A stretch of 64,000 nucleotides of DNA from Narcine bancroftii (lineage: Eukaryota): contig NC_091471.1 of NCBI RefSeq assembly GCF_036971445.1, forward strand, positions 199,454,001-199,518,000, written 5' to 3'. Both the position numbers and the translations under genes were made by a program. The notes under the pieces are model-generated. The model saw only the letters and a program-made list of their open reading frames with translations, did no database searches and was not told the origin of the DNA. Numbering within the stretch: the stretch's first letter is position 1; the number at the start of each line of letters is the position of its first letter. Positions 25,500 to 40,600 of the stretch are shown one piece after another.

Positions 25500-25729
25500 G
25501 GCTTTAGACATGCAGCACAGTTGCAAGCCCTTATATCCCATGAACCCATGCTACCCAATGACATCCAATTAACCTACATCCCTAGGTTTTGAATGGTGGA
25601 AGGAAACCAGAGCGAACCTATGCAGATCCCTGTGGAGAACATAAACTTCTTACAGGCATCACCGGATTCAAACCCTAGTCGACGGTACTATAACATTGTG
25701 GCACTAATTGCTGCGCTAACAGTGCCACC
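25500..25729 (-). mobile_element. tRNA-derived SINE (same family as 13380)
   Basis: ttagacatgcagcacag...ggaaggaaacc...aaacttcttacag...ggattcaaaccc...gtgccacc. Confidence 0.7.
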
Positions 25730-25829
25730 TTAGAAATTAGCTATTTAATCATGAAGAAATTCAGACAGAAATTAAAAATGGTGCAGCTACTATTCTCATT
25801 AAACTCCTTGATATTATACTCCACATAAG

Positions 25830-26445
25830 TTAAATGGACTTAATCCTAATTATTCAAATAAGTGTTTTCAATTTGAGAAAGAAATAGGGACTTTTTTTTG
25901 CATTCATTGTGGACTTGTGAAAAAGTGGAAAGGTTTTGGAATGAACTGAGTTTATTATTAGGGCAAATTATGAAGGTAAAGATACCAAAGGATCTAAGAG
26001 TATTTTTAGTTGGAGATATTTCTGAAAAGGATATAAAGTTGAAATTGGACAAGTACCAAGATTTTTTTCTTTTTTAATTTCTATTTATTTATTTATTTAT
26101 TTAAAGTATTGCAATAGCAACTGCAATGTGCAGCGGTATCATGGAAAGATGATAGAGAAGTGTTAAGTAGTATTTGGAAACTATATTCAATTTTATAGAT
26201 AATTTTCCATCCATCTCTTCTGTTTTATCCACTTTAATTAGTCATTTTTATTAACATTTAATGATTGTATATGCTAATTTTGTATATTAAATGGTAGATG
26301 TTTCTTTCACTTTTCTTATTTTTGGGTGGGAGGAGCGATGGGGAGAAAAATATAAAAGTATATTTTTGTATCATTGGATATTTGATTAATGATTTATTAA
26401 TTAGTTTTTCCTGTAAGGATGCAAACAATTCAATAAAATTTAAAA
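25830..26445 (+). mobile_element. Decayed L1/Tx1-like 3' fragment
   Basis: HSLWTCEKVERFW (cattcattgtggacttgtgaaaaagtggaaaggttttgg) resembles HAIWTCEKVEKFW of the L1 at 53502. Ends caataaaatttaaaaa. Confidence 0.65.
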
Positions 26446-27434
26446 ACTCCTTGATCTCTCATTATTACAGCATCCAATAAAAATGGTATGTCCATAATTT
26501 TCCATTGACTTCCTGGCTTTCTTGGATGCAACCAAAAAGAAATAGTGATGTTGCAAACATTAAAATTGCCTTTGAGTGATAATGGTTATGCAAAATGAAG
26601 CTCAGTGGGACAAGAAAATACCAGCGTACACCCAATGATGATTCTCAACAAGACTTAAGAAATGGTTCAATATTAAATTATCTTGTTGAGAGGCAGAATA
26701 AGATTGGTTGGAAGTGGGGAAGGAGAGAGGAAGTGCAAGTGAAATGTTAAAGAACTCCAAAAGCAAATGCAACCTGACAATGCAAATACAAGGTATTTTT
26801 ATTGTAATTTTATGCACAACCTAATTAGAAGAAAAATGCCCATAACTCCTCAAAAAATTCAAAATTGTTAATTTCTATCACTTGAGACCAAATTTAGAAC
26901 TGCAATTATCAGTAATCTATTCCACACCATCCACTTCTTCTCTTGTAATCTATGTCAATATCCCTTTGCAAAGTCCACATCACCCACCTCACCACTTCTT
27001 GATCACTGGAAGATGATCCTTTCAACACAAATAAAATTAGTCATTGTTTGACAAACCAGTTAACATTTAGAGACCAATTATTTATCTGCCTGCCATGACA
27101 CCCATGGCACTGAACCCATTCATAATTATTATGTCTGTGTTATTTGAGAGGCTTCTTAAATAAATTAGAGATACAAGATTCAAATAACAGAAGAGATTTT
27201 ACCTACTGATGTCTTCCACCATCTCAGGAAACTGTTCACACATACTGATATACATATGCCCCACAGTATTCTTACATGTTTACAAAATAGTTCACATTAT
27301 CTTGACTATATAATGACTGTAGCTGCATCAGTCGTCTATTATTGATATTTCATCCCTGGATTCAATCACATGAAATATCAATGTGCAGGCTAAACCAAAT
27401 GCTTTCACAGATTGCATTGTAGGCCAAACCCATC

Positions 27435-28405
27435 TTTTTTTGGGATATAAATTGGGGCAGGTTTGTGAGTGTAGGTCACATACAAACACTTTAAAACAGA
27501 TTTTATTTAAAATACTGGAACTCTGCACATGTTAGACATGTCGGGGCCAACCGTCTTTGCAAAAGCTTTGGAGAGTGACTAAGAGACTTCATTAATGGAT
27601 TGTTGTTTACAAAAAGGTAACAGATGAAAAAGCTTGTCGGAGCTGCATTCTGTTTGGAAGGGAACTTGCTGTTCTAAGAGGTTTTTGCAAGCAGAGAGAG
27701 TCAAACAGGCTTTTTTCTCTTCGAGACAAGTGCGAGAGATCATTTCTACGTCAGCAGCAGCAACAGGGTCTGGAAAAGGCTAAGCTGGCAAGCTTGTGGA
27801 AAACCCCATTTGGAAGACGGGTTGTGAGTGCCTAGTTCAGCCTGGTCAAAGCCCTTGTGGTTCATGCTAGAAGAGAGAACTGGCTGTCTAATGTTTCACT
27901 TCAAATAGGAGAAACAAAAGGGCACTCTGAGGTGACCAGAAAGAAAGAGATCATCTGGAGAACCCCGAGGGAGCAAGATTCATCAGCAAGACACTGAAGT
28001 GGCTGATTAAAAAAGAATCAGTTGCGGGTGTCCAGCAAACAACAAATCTCTGAAAACTGACAAGAACCTTCCTGAGTGGTGACCATTTACTTTTCAAGCA
28101 CCAAAGCCTGGTGAACTTTATAAATGTTAAATTCTGTGCACAGTATGCCTGCAACCAGTGAACTTGGAGGAATAGAAGTGAGATTGGACTGTGAACCAAA
28201 TAATTTTTTCTGAACTTACATACACATTATATACATGTGCGGTTAGAATTAGAAGGGGGTTAAGTTTTAGTTAAGTCAATCGTGATAAGTTAAAGTGTGA
28301 TTCTGTTTTCATGTTTAGGATAATTAAAAGCAAATTTTGTTTAAGTAACCATTCATCTTGGTGACTATTGCTACTGGGTTTTAGGAGACCTCTGGGCTCG
28401 TAACA
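27435..28405. mobile_element. Probable long LTR remnant
   Basis: Non-coding block ending sharply in ctctgggctcgTAACA, an LTR-like terminus. No partner or TSD identified, and the left end is uncertain. Confidence 0.4.
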
Positions 28406-30068
28406 GAGTCAAAGAGGTGTTTACTCCCATTGTTTCATTCCTCTCCTTCATTCAGCAGGAAGTTGCTTTCCCATCCAGAAACCATCCAGCCTGTTGAGCT
28501 AATTGAGCTGGATGCTTTTGGACCTGCTCCTCAAATTTTGATCCCCGATTCTAGAAAAAAGTTATACTTATGCAAAACTATCTGGGAAGCAAGGATTACA
28601 GAGATGAAACAGCGCTTTTTTGTTGAAACATTTAATTGTTTGTTGTTGAAAATGCAGCATAGCTTGTATAATAAATCAGTAAAAGACAAAATATTCAAAC
28701 AAGGGTTCATTTTAGCAACCACAAAGCTTAAATTCCACAAAATGCCTTTAGTGAATTCTGTCAGAAAATGGTCTATGTAATTGGAATACAAAAGAAACAT
28801 TACTATCGTACACAAGATTTCTCCACAATAACAAAATATGATATTGGCCCCAAACAAAAGTTTGAGGGTGGGAAGATCACAGATTAATAAGTTTTATCAA
28901 TCACACAGCAAGATATTCTCACAGGTCACTAATTCTGACAGTTGGGCCAAGCCTAGCATTCATTTCTAACCAGTAAAAAAAACAAAAATGCTGGAGGATC
29001 CAACAGGATTTTTAGGAGGTGAAAATATATAATCAGTGCTTTAGGCCTGGGTTCTTTTTTAGAAGCAGGGCACCCGATTAAAAGGCTGTTGAGACGTCAA
29101 GAGAGGCAGAGGAATAGTACAGACCAACAGTTAAAAAATGTTAATTGGACAGGAGAGAGGAAAGGTGGGAATTGACTGGGGAAGGGGGGAGGTGTGGTGC
29201 ATGCAGAGCTGGGGGAAAAGAGGGAGAAAGCGAGAGGAGAGAATTCATAGTCATAGATCAGGGTGGGGGTGGTAATGGAAATTGGAGAAATTGATGTTAA
29301 TGCCATCCAGTTGGAGAGTGCCCAGAAGGAATACAATGCGTGTTTTACCGACATGTCTGTCCATGCCAGACTGTGACCACCCACAAAACTAAGGGAATTT
29401 ATTGACAACTTGCAGAACAACAAACTTTAAGAAAAAGTTGTATCATTTTATCTTGTATCCTTATTTCATTTTCAACTATGAAATTCCTTGATTGTGCCTT
29501 CACAAAATCAACATAATCCTTGCACACACTGTATGAAATTATTTAATTGGACCAGGCACAGAGCTCATCTCAGAAGTTTTATGCTCCACTTGAGTTAACT
29601 GCATCATCCAGAGTATCAATGAAATAGCATAATGTTTTAAAGATGACTGACATATTGACAGGCTGGTTCAAAGTATGTGACACAGTCTTCACTGCTTCAT
29701 TTTGTTCCTGGAACTGAATATGCCTTGGTAATAGACACGCACCAAAGTGAGAGCTACATCAGTGGGAAATTACTGACAAATACAAGATTTGCTTATGAAT
29801 CTGCACCCATGGCTAAATCCAAAACATATGGAATAACACGTGGATGAATGTACACCAATGACAGACTGCATGCAGAATCAAAAATATATATTTAGTTATG
29901 CAAAATAAACCATATAACATATGCTTCATTTTTCATATCTAACTATATCTCCCCTACATACACACCCACACACCTCCCCTAAACACACATTATACACGTG
30001 TATATATATATATACACACACAAATATAATGCACACACATACAGACATACATGTGTGTGTGTATATAT

Positions 30069-33000
30069 CCATTCAACACCCCCCCCATAGACGACAGCCA
30101 TTCAACACCCCCCCCATAGACGACAGCCATTCAACACCCCCCCCATAGACGACAGCCATTCAACACCCCCCCATAGACGACAGCCATTCAACACCCCCCC
30201 ATAGACGACAGCCATTCAACACCCCCCCATAGACGACAGCCATTCAACACCCCCCCCATAGACGACAGCCATTCAACACCCCCCCATAGACGACAGCCAT
30301 TCAACACCCCCCCCATAGACGACAGCCATTCAACACCCCCCCCATAGACGACAGCCATTCAACACCCCCCCCATAGACGACAGCCATTCAACACCCCCCC
30401 CATAGACGACAGCCATTCAACACCCCCCCCATAGACAGCCATTCAACACCCCCCCCATAGACGACAGCCATTCAACACCCCCCCCATAGACGACAGCCAT
30501 TCAACACCCCCCCCATAGACGACAGCCATTCAACACCCCCCCCATAGACGACAGCCATTCAACACCCCCCCCATAGACGACAGCCATTCAACACCCCCCC
30601 ATAGACGACAGCCATTCAACCCCCCCCATAGACGACAGCCATTCAACCCCCCCCCATAGACGACAGCCATTCAACCCCCCCCCATAGACGACAGCCATTC
30701 AACCCCCCCCATAGACTACAGCCATTCAACCCCCCCCCCAAAGACTACAGCCATTCAACCCCCCTCCCATAGACTACAGCCATTCAACCCCCCTCCCATA
30801 GACTACAGCCATTCAACCCCCCCCATAGACTACAGCCATTCAACACCCCCCCATAGACTACAGCCATTCAACCCCCCCCCATAGACTACAGCCATTCAAC
30901 CCCCCCCCCCATAGACTACAGCCATTCAATACCCCCCCATAGACTACAGCCATTCAACACCCCCCCCATAGACTACAGCCATTCAACACCCCCCCCATAG
31001 ACTACAGCCATTCAACACCCCCCCCATAGACTACAGCCATTCAACACCCCCCATGGACTACAGCCATTCAACACCCCCCCCATAGACTACAGCCATTCAA
31101 CACCCCCCCCATAGACTACAGCCATTCAACACCCCCCCCATAGACTACAGCCATTCAACACCCCCCCCATAGACTACAGCCATTCAACACCCCCCCCATA
31201 GACTACAGCCATTCAACACCCCCCCCATAGACTACAGCCATTCAACACCCCCCCCATAGACTACAGCCATTCAACACCCCCCCCATAGACTACAGCCATT
31301 CAACACCCCCCCATAGACTACAGCCATTCAACACCCCCCCCATAGACTACAGCCATTCAACACCCCCCCCATAGACTACAGCCATTCAACCCCCCCCCAT
31401 AGACTACAGCCATTCAACCCCCCCCATAGACTACAGCCATTCAACGCCCCCCATAGACTACAGCCATTCATCGCCCCCCCATAGACTACAGCCATTCAAC
31501 GCCCCCCCATAGACTACAGCCATTCAACGCCCCCCCATAGACTACAGCCATTCAACGCCCCCCCATAGACTACAGCCATTCAACGCCCCCCATAGACTAC
31601 AGCCATTCAACGCCCCCCATAGACTACAGCCATTCAACGCCCCCCATAGACTACAGCCATTCAACGCCCCCCTAGACTACAGCCATTCAACGCCCCCCTA
31701 GACTACAGCCATTCAACGCCCCCCTAGACTACAGCCATTCAACGCCCCCCTAGACTACAGCCATTCAACACCCCCCTAGACTACAGCCATTCAACACCCC
31801 CCTAGACTACAGCCATTCAACCCCCCTAGACTACAGCCATTCAACCCCCCTAGACTACAGCCATTCAACCCCCCTAGACTACAGCCATTCAACCCCCCTA
31901 GACTACAGCCATTCAACACCCCCCCCTAGACTACAGCCATTCAACACCCCCCCCTAGACTACAGCCATTCAACACCCCCCCCTAGACTACAGCCATTCAA
32001 CACCCCCCCCTAGACTACAGCCATTCAACACCCCCCCCATAGACTACAGCCATTCAACACCCCCCCCATAGACTACAGCCATTCAACACCCCCCCCATAG
32101 ACTACAGCCATTCAACACCCCCCCCATAGACTACAGCCATTCAACACCCCCCCCATAGACTACAGCCATTCAACACCCCCCCCATAGACTACAGCCATTC
32201 AACACCCCCCCCATAGACTACAGCCATTCAACACCCCCCCCATAGACTACAGCCATTCAACACCCCCCCCATAGACTACAGCCATTCAACACCCCCCCCC
32301 ATAGACTACAGCCATTCAACACCCCCCCCCCATAGACTACAGCCATTCAACACCCCCCCATAGACTACAGCCATTCAACACCCCCCCCATAGACTACAGC
32401 CATTCAACACCCCCCCATAGACTACAGCCATTCAACACCCCCCCCATAGACTACAGCCATTCAACACCCCCCCCCATAGACTACAGCCATTCAACACCCC
32501 CCCCCATAGACTACAGCCATTCAACACCCCCCCCATAGACTACAGCCATTCAACACCCCCCCCATAGACTACAGCCATTCAACACCCCCCCCATAGACTA
32601 CAGCCATTCAACACCCCCCCCCATAGACTACAGCCATTCAACACCCCCCCCCCATAGACTACAGCCATTCAACACCCCCCCCATAGACTACAGCCATTCA
32701 ACACCCCCCCCATAGACTACAGCCATTCAACACCCCCCCCATAGACTACAGCCATTCAACACCCCCCCATAGACTACAGCCATTCAACACCCCCCCATAG
32801 ACTACAGCCATTCAACACCCCCCCATAGACTACAGCCATTCAACACCCCCCCATAGACTACAGCCATTCAACACCCCCCCATAGACTACAGCCATTCAAC
32901 ACCCCCCCCATAGACTACAGCCATTCAACACCCCCCCCCATAGACTACAGCCATTCAACACCCCCCCCATAGACTACAGCCATTCAACACCCCCCCCATA

Positions 33001-34610
33001 GACTACAGCCATTCAACACCCCCCCCATAGACTACAGCCATTCAACACCCCCCCATAGACTACAGCCATTCAACACCCCCCCCATAGACTACAGCCATTC
33101 AACCCCCCCCATAGACTACAGCCATTCAACCCCCCCCCATAGACTACAGCCATTCAACCCCCCCCCCATAGACTACAGCCATTCAACCCCCCCCCATAGA
33201 CTACAGCCATTCAACCCCCCCCATAGACTACAGCCATTCAACACCCCCCCATAGACTACAGCCATTCAACACCCCCCCATAGACTACAGCCATTCAACAC
33301 CCCCCCCATAGACTACAGCCATTCAACACCCCCCCATAGACTACAGCCATTCAACCCCCCCCATAGACTACAGCCATTCAACCCCCCCCATAGACTACAG
33401 CCATTCAACCCCCCCATAGACTACAGCCATTCAACACCCCCCCCATAGACTACAGCCATTCAACACCCCCCCCCATAGACTACAGCCATTCAACCCCCCC
33501 CCATAGACTACAGCCATTCAACCCCCCCCCATAGACTACAGCCATTCAACCCCCCCCCATAGACTACAGCCATTCAACCCCCCCCCATAGACTACAGCCA
33601 TTCAACCCCCCCCCATAGACTACAGCCATTCAACCCCCCCCCATAGACTACAGCCATTCAACACCCCCCCATAGACTACAGCCATTCAACACCCCCCCCA
33701 TAGACTACAGCCATTCAACACCCCCCCCATAGACTACAGCCATTCAACACCCCCCCATAGACTACAGCCATTCAACACCCCCCCCATAGACTACAGCCAT
33801 TCAACACCCCCCCCATAGACTACAGCCATTCAACACCCCCCCATAGACTACAGCCATTCAACACCCCCCCATAGACTACAGCCATTCAACACCCCCCATG
33901 GACTACAGCCATTCAACACCCCCCCATAGACTACAGCCATTCAACACCCCCCCCATAGACTACAGCCATTCAACACCCCCCCATAGATTACAGCCATTCA
34001 ACCCCCCTAGACTACAGCCATTCAACACCCCTCCATAGACTACAGCCATTCAACACCCCCCCATAGACTACAGCCATTCAACACCCCCCCATAGACTACA
34101 GCCATTCAACACCCCCCCATAGACTACAGCCATTCAACACCCCCCCCATAGACTACAGCCATTCAACACCCCCCCCATAGACTACAGCCATTCAACGCCC
34201 CCCTAGACTACAGCCATTCAACCCCCCCCTAGACTACAGCCATTCAACCCCCCCCCAGACTACAGCCATTCAACCCCCCCCCAGACTACAGCCATTCAAC
34301 CCCCCCCCAGACTACAGCCATTCAACCCCCCCCCAGACTACAGCCATTCAACCCCCCCCCAGACTACAGCCATTCAACCCCCCCTAGACTACAGCCATTC
34401 AACCCCCCCTAGACTACAGCCATTCAACACCCCCCCATAGACTACAGCCATTCAACCCCCCCATAGACTACAGCCATTCAACCCCCCCATAGACTACAGC
34501 CATTCAACACCCCCCCCATAGACTACAGCCATTCAACCCCCCCCCATAGACTACAGCCATTCAACCCCCCCCCATAGACTACAGCCATTCAACCCCCCCC
34601 ATAGACTACA
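30069..34610. repeat. Minisatellite, ~29-30-bp unit CCATTCAACA(C)7-9ATAGAC[T/G]ACAG, roughly 150 copies
   Basis: Directly visible tandem array with blocks of variant units, embedded in CA/TA-rich simple sequence. Confidence 0.98.
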
Positions 34611-35219
34611 CCCATACCACACCCCCCTATACTACAGCCATACCACACCCCCCCTATACTACACCCATACCACACACCCCCATATACTACACACAACACA
34701 CACCCCTATAATACATATAACACCTTTCCAATACATATAACACACACCTATAATACATATATAACACATAACACACAAATACATGTAATACACACACACA
34801 CACACTCAAGACACAACAAGATCATAATTTAACAAATTATTTCCACATTTAGCAAATTAAAGAATCGGTCAAAAGCTGATTTCTCATTTACTGGTTCAAG
34901 ACACTGAATATGTTGTCAATTAATATTTTACATTAGGATATCTATGACGGGTTTCAACAGCAGTTTTTCTTTAAAGATCTTGTCAGTACAGGTGCAACAA
35001 TTCAAAACACTGAAATTGACATATTGTGGAAGTTAATTGAAGAAAGCAGAATTCAATATAACCACCATAATGTGGTCCATTTACCAATTATGAAGGAAAG
35101 TTTTCCCAAAATGTACTTTTACCAGAATTTATCTCCATAAAAAGATTTAAGTGAAATAATTAAAAACAAATTTGTCATGGATACAATCACAACTGTTGGA
35201 ACAATGATATCCTCCAACT

Positions 35220-35512
35220 CAGTGGTCCTCAACCTTCCCCCCCCCCCCCCCACCCACTTATATACCACTTTAAGTATTCCCTATGCTATCGGTGCTCTGT
35301 GATTAATAAGGGGTTGCTTAAGTGGGTAAGTCAGTGGGAAGGTTGAGAATCACTGCTCTAGACCCAATTGTTACTGAAATATTTTGCTTGAGAAAAATTG
35401 TCATTGGCCCATTTCCTTTGGAGTTATGAAACTGTGCACATAACGAGTCAATTAGATACGATTAAAACAGTGGATTTCAAACTTTTTCTTCCCACCCACA
35501 TCCCACCTTAAG
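35220..35512. mobile_element. Second, truncated copy of the hAT-type MITE at 7537
   Basis: Shares ctctagacccaattgttac.gaaatattttgcttgagaaaaa...catttcctttggag.tatgaaactgtgc with 7667-7750. Confidence 0.8.
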
Positions 35513-36405
35513 CTGGTCAAGTGGATTATATGGAGAGTGAAACAAATTTAACCTATCAGGACCATGATGAAAGATTTCAGACTCTTATGAAAAATCATTG
35601 ACCCAAGTTTCTGATCTGCTGAGTATTTTCAGAACCTTTGTTTTATACTGTATCATCAAAAAATTAGAACTGATTTAGCAGAGGTGTTTTGCTGAGCCCT
35701 GTTTTGCGGAAATAAGGATACTGAACCTGTGTCAATATACAATATAATTTTGGAGACTGAGGAGGTTTCCAGACATGGTGCAGGATCTGAAGTAAATCCT
35801 GCATCCAGGATAGAATGAGACACAATGTGAGGTTGAGTTTATTTGGCGAAATAATTGGAGCTAGCCAATTCGAAGAGAAGCATACTAATGCAACAATAGT
35901 GCCAGTGGCCTGCCACCAATGGACGGTGAGGAAGAAGCCAATAGGAGATTGACTCCATATATGGAAGTGATGACTCCAGGTACACCATAATCCTTGAAAT
36001 TGTTAGGTCACAATGAAGGATCAAGTACTATCCCAGAAAAACTGGCACCACTTAGTCAGACTACCACACAGGTTTGTTTGACAGAAACAGATGTGGAAAT
36101 ACCAATGAAACATTACCAGCACCACAGAGTGAGGTCACCACAGCTCAGCAACAGGCTCAAGAGACAGAGTGTTAACATCAGTACCAGAAGGACTGTCTGT
36201 TGATCAAAGCACAAGTACTCCCTGACTTACTGTCATGATAATGAATATGTATGAGATGTACCGGAAGTCACGTGGTATGAGAGAGATAAGAGCACAAGCA
36301 GGAGAACAAAGGAAACTGGAAAATAAAGACCCCCGAGAAGTTTACCTGATAAAACTGGTGTTTAATGTTTTATTAACTTCACATTTCAGGCCACAAATGT
36401 GACAT

Positions 36406-36423
36406 TGGCGACGAGGATGGGAT
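36406..36423 (+). promoter_or_regulatory. Primer-binding site complementary to the tRNA-Ser(GCU) 3' end
   Basis: TGGCGACGAGGATGGGAT, 1 nt after the LTR. It is the complement of ATCCCATCCTCGTCGCCA, as I recall the vertebrate tRNA-Ser(GCU) 3' end. Confidence 0.88.
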
Positions 36424-36536
36424 ACAAGCTTGAAGAAAATTAAAGACTAAACAAGATTACAGAGGATTACAGAGAACTTCAAGATGATAAGTATTTTCTC
36501 TGTGACTCAGTACTTTTGGGGCTGGAATATTTTCTC

Positions 36537-39500
36537 ATGGCTGGGGCAGACAGTGACTTTCTAACACATACTTCAATTGCTCATTTTGACCCAACGGGTG
36601 ATGCAAGCACTGTAAGTGTGAAGTGGAAGGCATGGCTGGAAGAATTTGAATCCTATGCCGACAGTTGTGGCCTATTTCTAGACACCGGTACCATTGAACA
36701 AAAAGCGCAGAGAAGGGCGTTACTTCTTTTCACTGCTGGACCTGCAGTTCGGGAAACATTTAAGATATTTTTGAATACTGGAAGAAAGGATGAGTACCGG
36801 AAAGCGGTAGATGCATTAAATGCACACTATGTAGTGACACCGAATGCTACATTTCAACGCCATTTGTTTCGGAGAACGAGACAAGAAGATGGCCAGACAA
36901 TTGCTCAGTACGTGATGAGACTACGCCAGCTAGCTGTTGGATGCAATTACATGCCAGCTGATTTGGAAACCAATTATTGGATCAAGTCGTACAGCACTGC
37001 AGATCAGATAAACTCAGAAGACGTCTACTGGAAAGGGAGTGAGTTGGAACTCACCGATGCTTTAACCATTGCTGCTGCATTAGAGGCTGTTGAAGGGCAA
37101 TTTCATACCATGACCCTGAAAGACAACTCAAGCCAGCAAATTAAGAGGCTCACACATCGCCATAACCAGCCAAGATATTCGTCGACACAGGACGTGGAGT
37201 GTTATCGATGTGGAAACCGAGGTCACTTTGGAAAAGACCCATATTGCCCGGCCAAAGGCAAAGTTTGCAGAAAGTGTGGAGGTAAGGACCACTTTGCAAA
37301 GTGCAAAAGCAAGTCCAATGCAGACCAGAAGAGGAAGAGTACAACTTCCAAAGGCAAAGCCTGGGGGAAAGGAAAGTATCCTGGAAAGAAAGATACCATT
37401 CACCAGATAGACGGTGACGATGATGATACCCAGGAGGAACAGAGTTGTTATCAATTTACGTTGAATGAAGTACATCATGAGAAGGTCCCAGTGATCATTG
37501 GTGGAGTGACAGTGCAGGTCATTGTAGACTCAGGCAGCGACAGTAATGTGATTGATCGACATTTATGGGAGAAGTTGAAAAGGAAAAAGATCATCTGTAC
37601 CTCAAAGAAGTGTTCCAAAAACTGTATCCATACACAGCAACCAAGCCATTGCAGACCATTGGATGTTTTACTGCAACTGTTGAAGCTGGAGATAAGTACA
37701 CCGAAGCAGAGTTTATGGTCATAGAAGAGAGGGGAGAACCATTGCTGAGTAGAAGCACAGCGCAAGACCTGGCAATACTTCATATTGGAGCTTGTGTCAA
37801 TTCAGTCATATGAGGATATGAAGCAAGAATTCCCCGCAGTCTTCCAAGGAGTAGGAAAGCTGAAAGGTCGACAATTGAAGCTAGCGGTAGATGAAACGGT
37901 CAAACCCAAGGCACAACCAATGCGCCAAACTCCGTTTGGACTTCGTGGGAAAGTCAAAGCCAAAATTAAAGAATTGATCAAACAAGACATTATTGAACCG
38001 GTGGAACATTCGACACAATGGGTCAGTCCCATAGTGATTGTACCCAAACCAAAGGATGACATAAGACTATGTGTTGACATGAGAATGGCCAATGAAGCTA
38101 TAATTAGAGTACGACACCCTATACAAACAGTGGAGGAAATACTTCAAGAACTAACTACCAGCAAGGTATTCTCAAAAATTGATCTGAAATGGGGCTATCT
38201 TCAATTAGAGTTGAATCCAGGTTCCCGAGATGTGACAACATTTGTGACTCACAGTGGATTGTATCGTTACAAGAGACTATCATTTGGAATTAATGCAGCT
38301 TCGGAGATCTACCAGTATGAAATCCATCGAGTGATTCAAGGGATTCCTGGAGTTGCCAACATTTCTGATGACATCGTTGTCATGCTCTTCCTTTGTTGGT
38401 GCATGGACTAACGGTTGAGGCGTGTACTATCTAGCCTACAGAGGCAGGCCTTACCGTGAATGGAAACAAGTGCCAGTTTGGTGTGTCAGAAATGAACTTC
38501 ATGGGACACAGACTTACACGGGAAGGACTAAACCCTGCAGAGGCCAAGGTGAAAGCTATTGCAGAGGCACGTGCACCTCAGAACGCAACAGAGGTGAGGA
38601 GTTTCCTGGGATTGGTCAATTTTTGTGCAAAGTTCATTCCTAATTTTGCTACAGTGGCAGAACCACTAAGGAAACTAACCAGGAAAGGTATACCATTTCA
38701 TTTTGGATCTGAGCAGAAGAAAGCGTTCACAGCGCTGAAGCAAAACCTGACAGATGCAAAAACTCTTGGATATTACGATCCGGCGGCATCAACCAAAGTC
38801 ATAGCGGATGCCAGCCCGGTTGGTTTAGGAGCCGTGTTGGTCCAGATGCATGACGGAGGACCAAGAATCATTGCCTATGCCAGCAGATCGTTATCAGATG
38901 TGGAAAGAAGATACTCTCAGACAGAGAAAGAAGCACTCGGACTTGTATGGGCCTGTGAGAGGTTCCATGCATATTTATACGGCATTGAATTTGAACTCAT
39001 CACAGATCATAAGCCATTAGAGGTGATCTATGCACCTAGATCCAAACCATGTGCCAGAATAGAGAGATGGGTACTCAGACTACAACCCTACAAATATAAA
39101 GTAATCCACATTGCAGGGAAAGCAAACATTGCTGATCCGCTGTCCAGATTGGTGAAGGATGGATGTCCACATTCCAAGTCAGAATTGGGAACAGAAACAG
39201 AGAGCTTTGTACGCTTCGTAGCTATTCAGGCGACACCGAAAGCTGTGACTACGAAGGAAGTCGAGAAAGAATCCGAACATGATCCAAAATTCATGGAAGT
39301 AAGAGAATGCATACAGAGTGGACAATGGGACAAGTGTACTCACAAGGCTTACATTCCCATTAGAGACGAACTTTGTTGCATCGGACAGTGTGTATTAAGA
39401 GGTTGCAGATTGGTGATACCGCAAAGATTGAGACCGAAGATTGTATCCTTAGCGCATGAAGGACACCTAGGCATTGTTGGTACCAAGCAAAACCTCAGAA

Positions 39501-40600
39501 CCAAGGTATGGTGGCCAGGTTGTGATAAAGATGCAGAGAAATTTGTTAAAACTTGTCACGGATGTCAAATCACAAGTAGGAGTAATCCGCCAGAACCGAT
39601 CCGGAGTACGCAACTCCCGACAGGACCATGGATCGACGTAGCTGTTGATTTTCTTGGACCTTTACCGACGGGTGAATCAATTATGGTAGTGATAGATTAC
39701 TACAGCAGATACTATGAGTACGTGGTGTTGAAGTCCACAACCACTGAAAAAACAATACAAGCGTTAGCAGAGATATTCGCAAGATATGGATTACCTGTTA
39801 CATTATACTCTGACAATGGTCCACAATTCATTTCAGAGACATTTGCGGAATACATGTGGACCACAGGTATCCACCATCATAAAGTAACTCCGAAATGGCC
39901 GCAAGCCAATGGAGAAGTAGAGAGACAAAATCAGTCCATTGAAAAACGATTGAGGATTGCACACGCAGAAGGACAAAATTGGCGAGAAGCATTGCCATCC
40001 TATGTGGCTGTCTATCAAGCAACGCCTCATGCAACCACTGGAAAAAGTCCTGCAGAAGCATTTTTTGGGAGAAAAATCCGCACAAAAATGCCAGAAATAA
40101 AGGAAATCCGAGACGACCAGGAGATGATGGACCACGATGCTGAAAAGAAAGGTGCAGCAAAACTGTACACAGATTCGAAACGTGGAGCCAAGTACTCAGA
40201 CATCATGCCAGGAGATAATATTCTAGTGAGGCATGAAACTGGTGGTAAGCTAGACACACCTTATTACCAGCAACCCTATACTGTCATATCCAGAAGTGGC
40301 AGTATGGTGACAGTCAAGTCTCCAACTGGAGTCCTGTATAAGAGAAATGTATCAGGTGTAAAAAGGTACCAGTCCAGAGATACATCGAGCGAAGAGGTTG
40401 AAAGGCCAATACGAGATGCTGAAACTGAGAGACCTGATGATGTTCCAGAGGCAGTTACCAGCACTCCTGATGAAGTGACTAGAGCACCAGAAACACCCGA
40501 AGCCGTGGCGAGCAGTATTTCCGACGCTAAGAGTGAACAACCGAGAAGCGACGACAATATCGCAGGTAGGCCGATACGAAACCGGAAAGCGCCCAAATGA
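36537..40600 (+). pseudogene. Frameshifted gag-pol of provirus D; the last 714 codons (38456-40600: RT thumb, RNase H, integrase) are open
   Basis: ORF track 36516-37724, 37565-37813, 37785-38411 and 38456-40600. Motifs ADASPVGLGAVL, ITDHKPL, H-X3-H...C-X2-C, VDFLGP, SDNGPQF and NGEVERQN. Confidence 0.92.

Noticed and set aside
30069-34610. CRISPR-like array
   Set aside because: The units are head-to-tail with no unique spacers (only C-run length varies), there are no cas genes, and the context is eukaryotic.
34630-34650. ctacagccataccac resembling the 5S rRNA 5' end (origin of the minisatellite from 5S)
   Set aside because: It is a short match in low-complexity CA-rich sequence, with no further 5S similarity.
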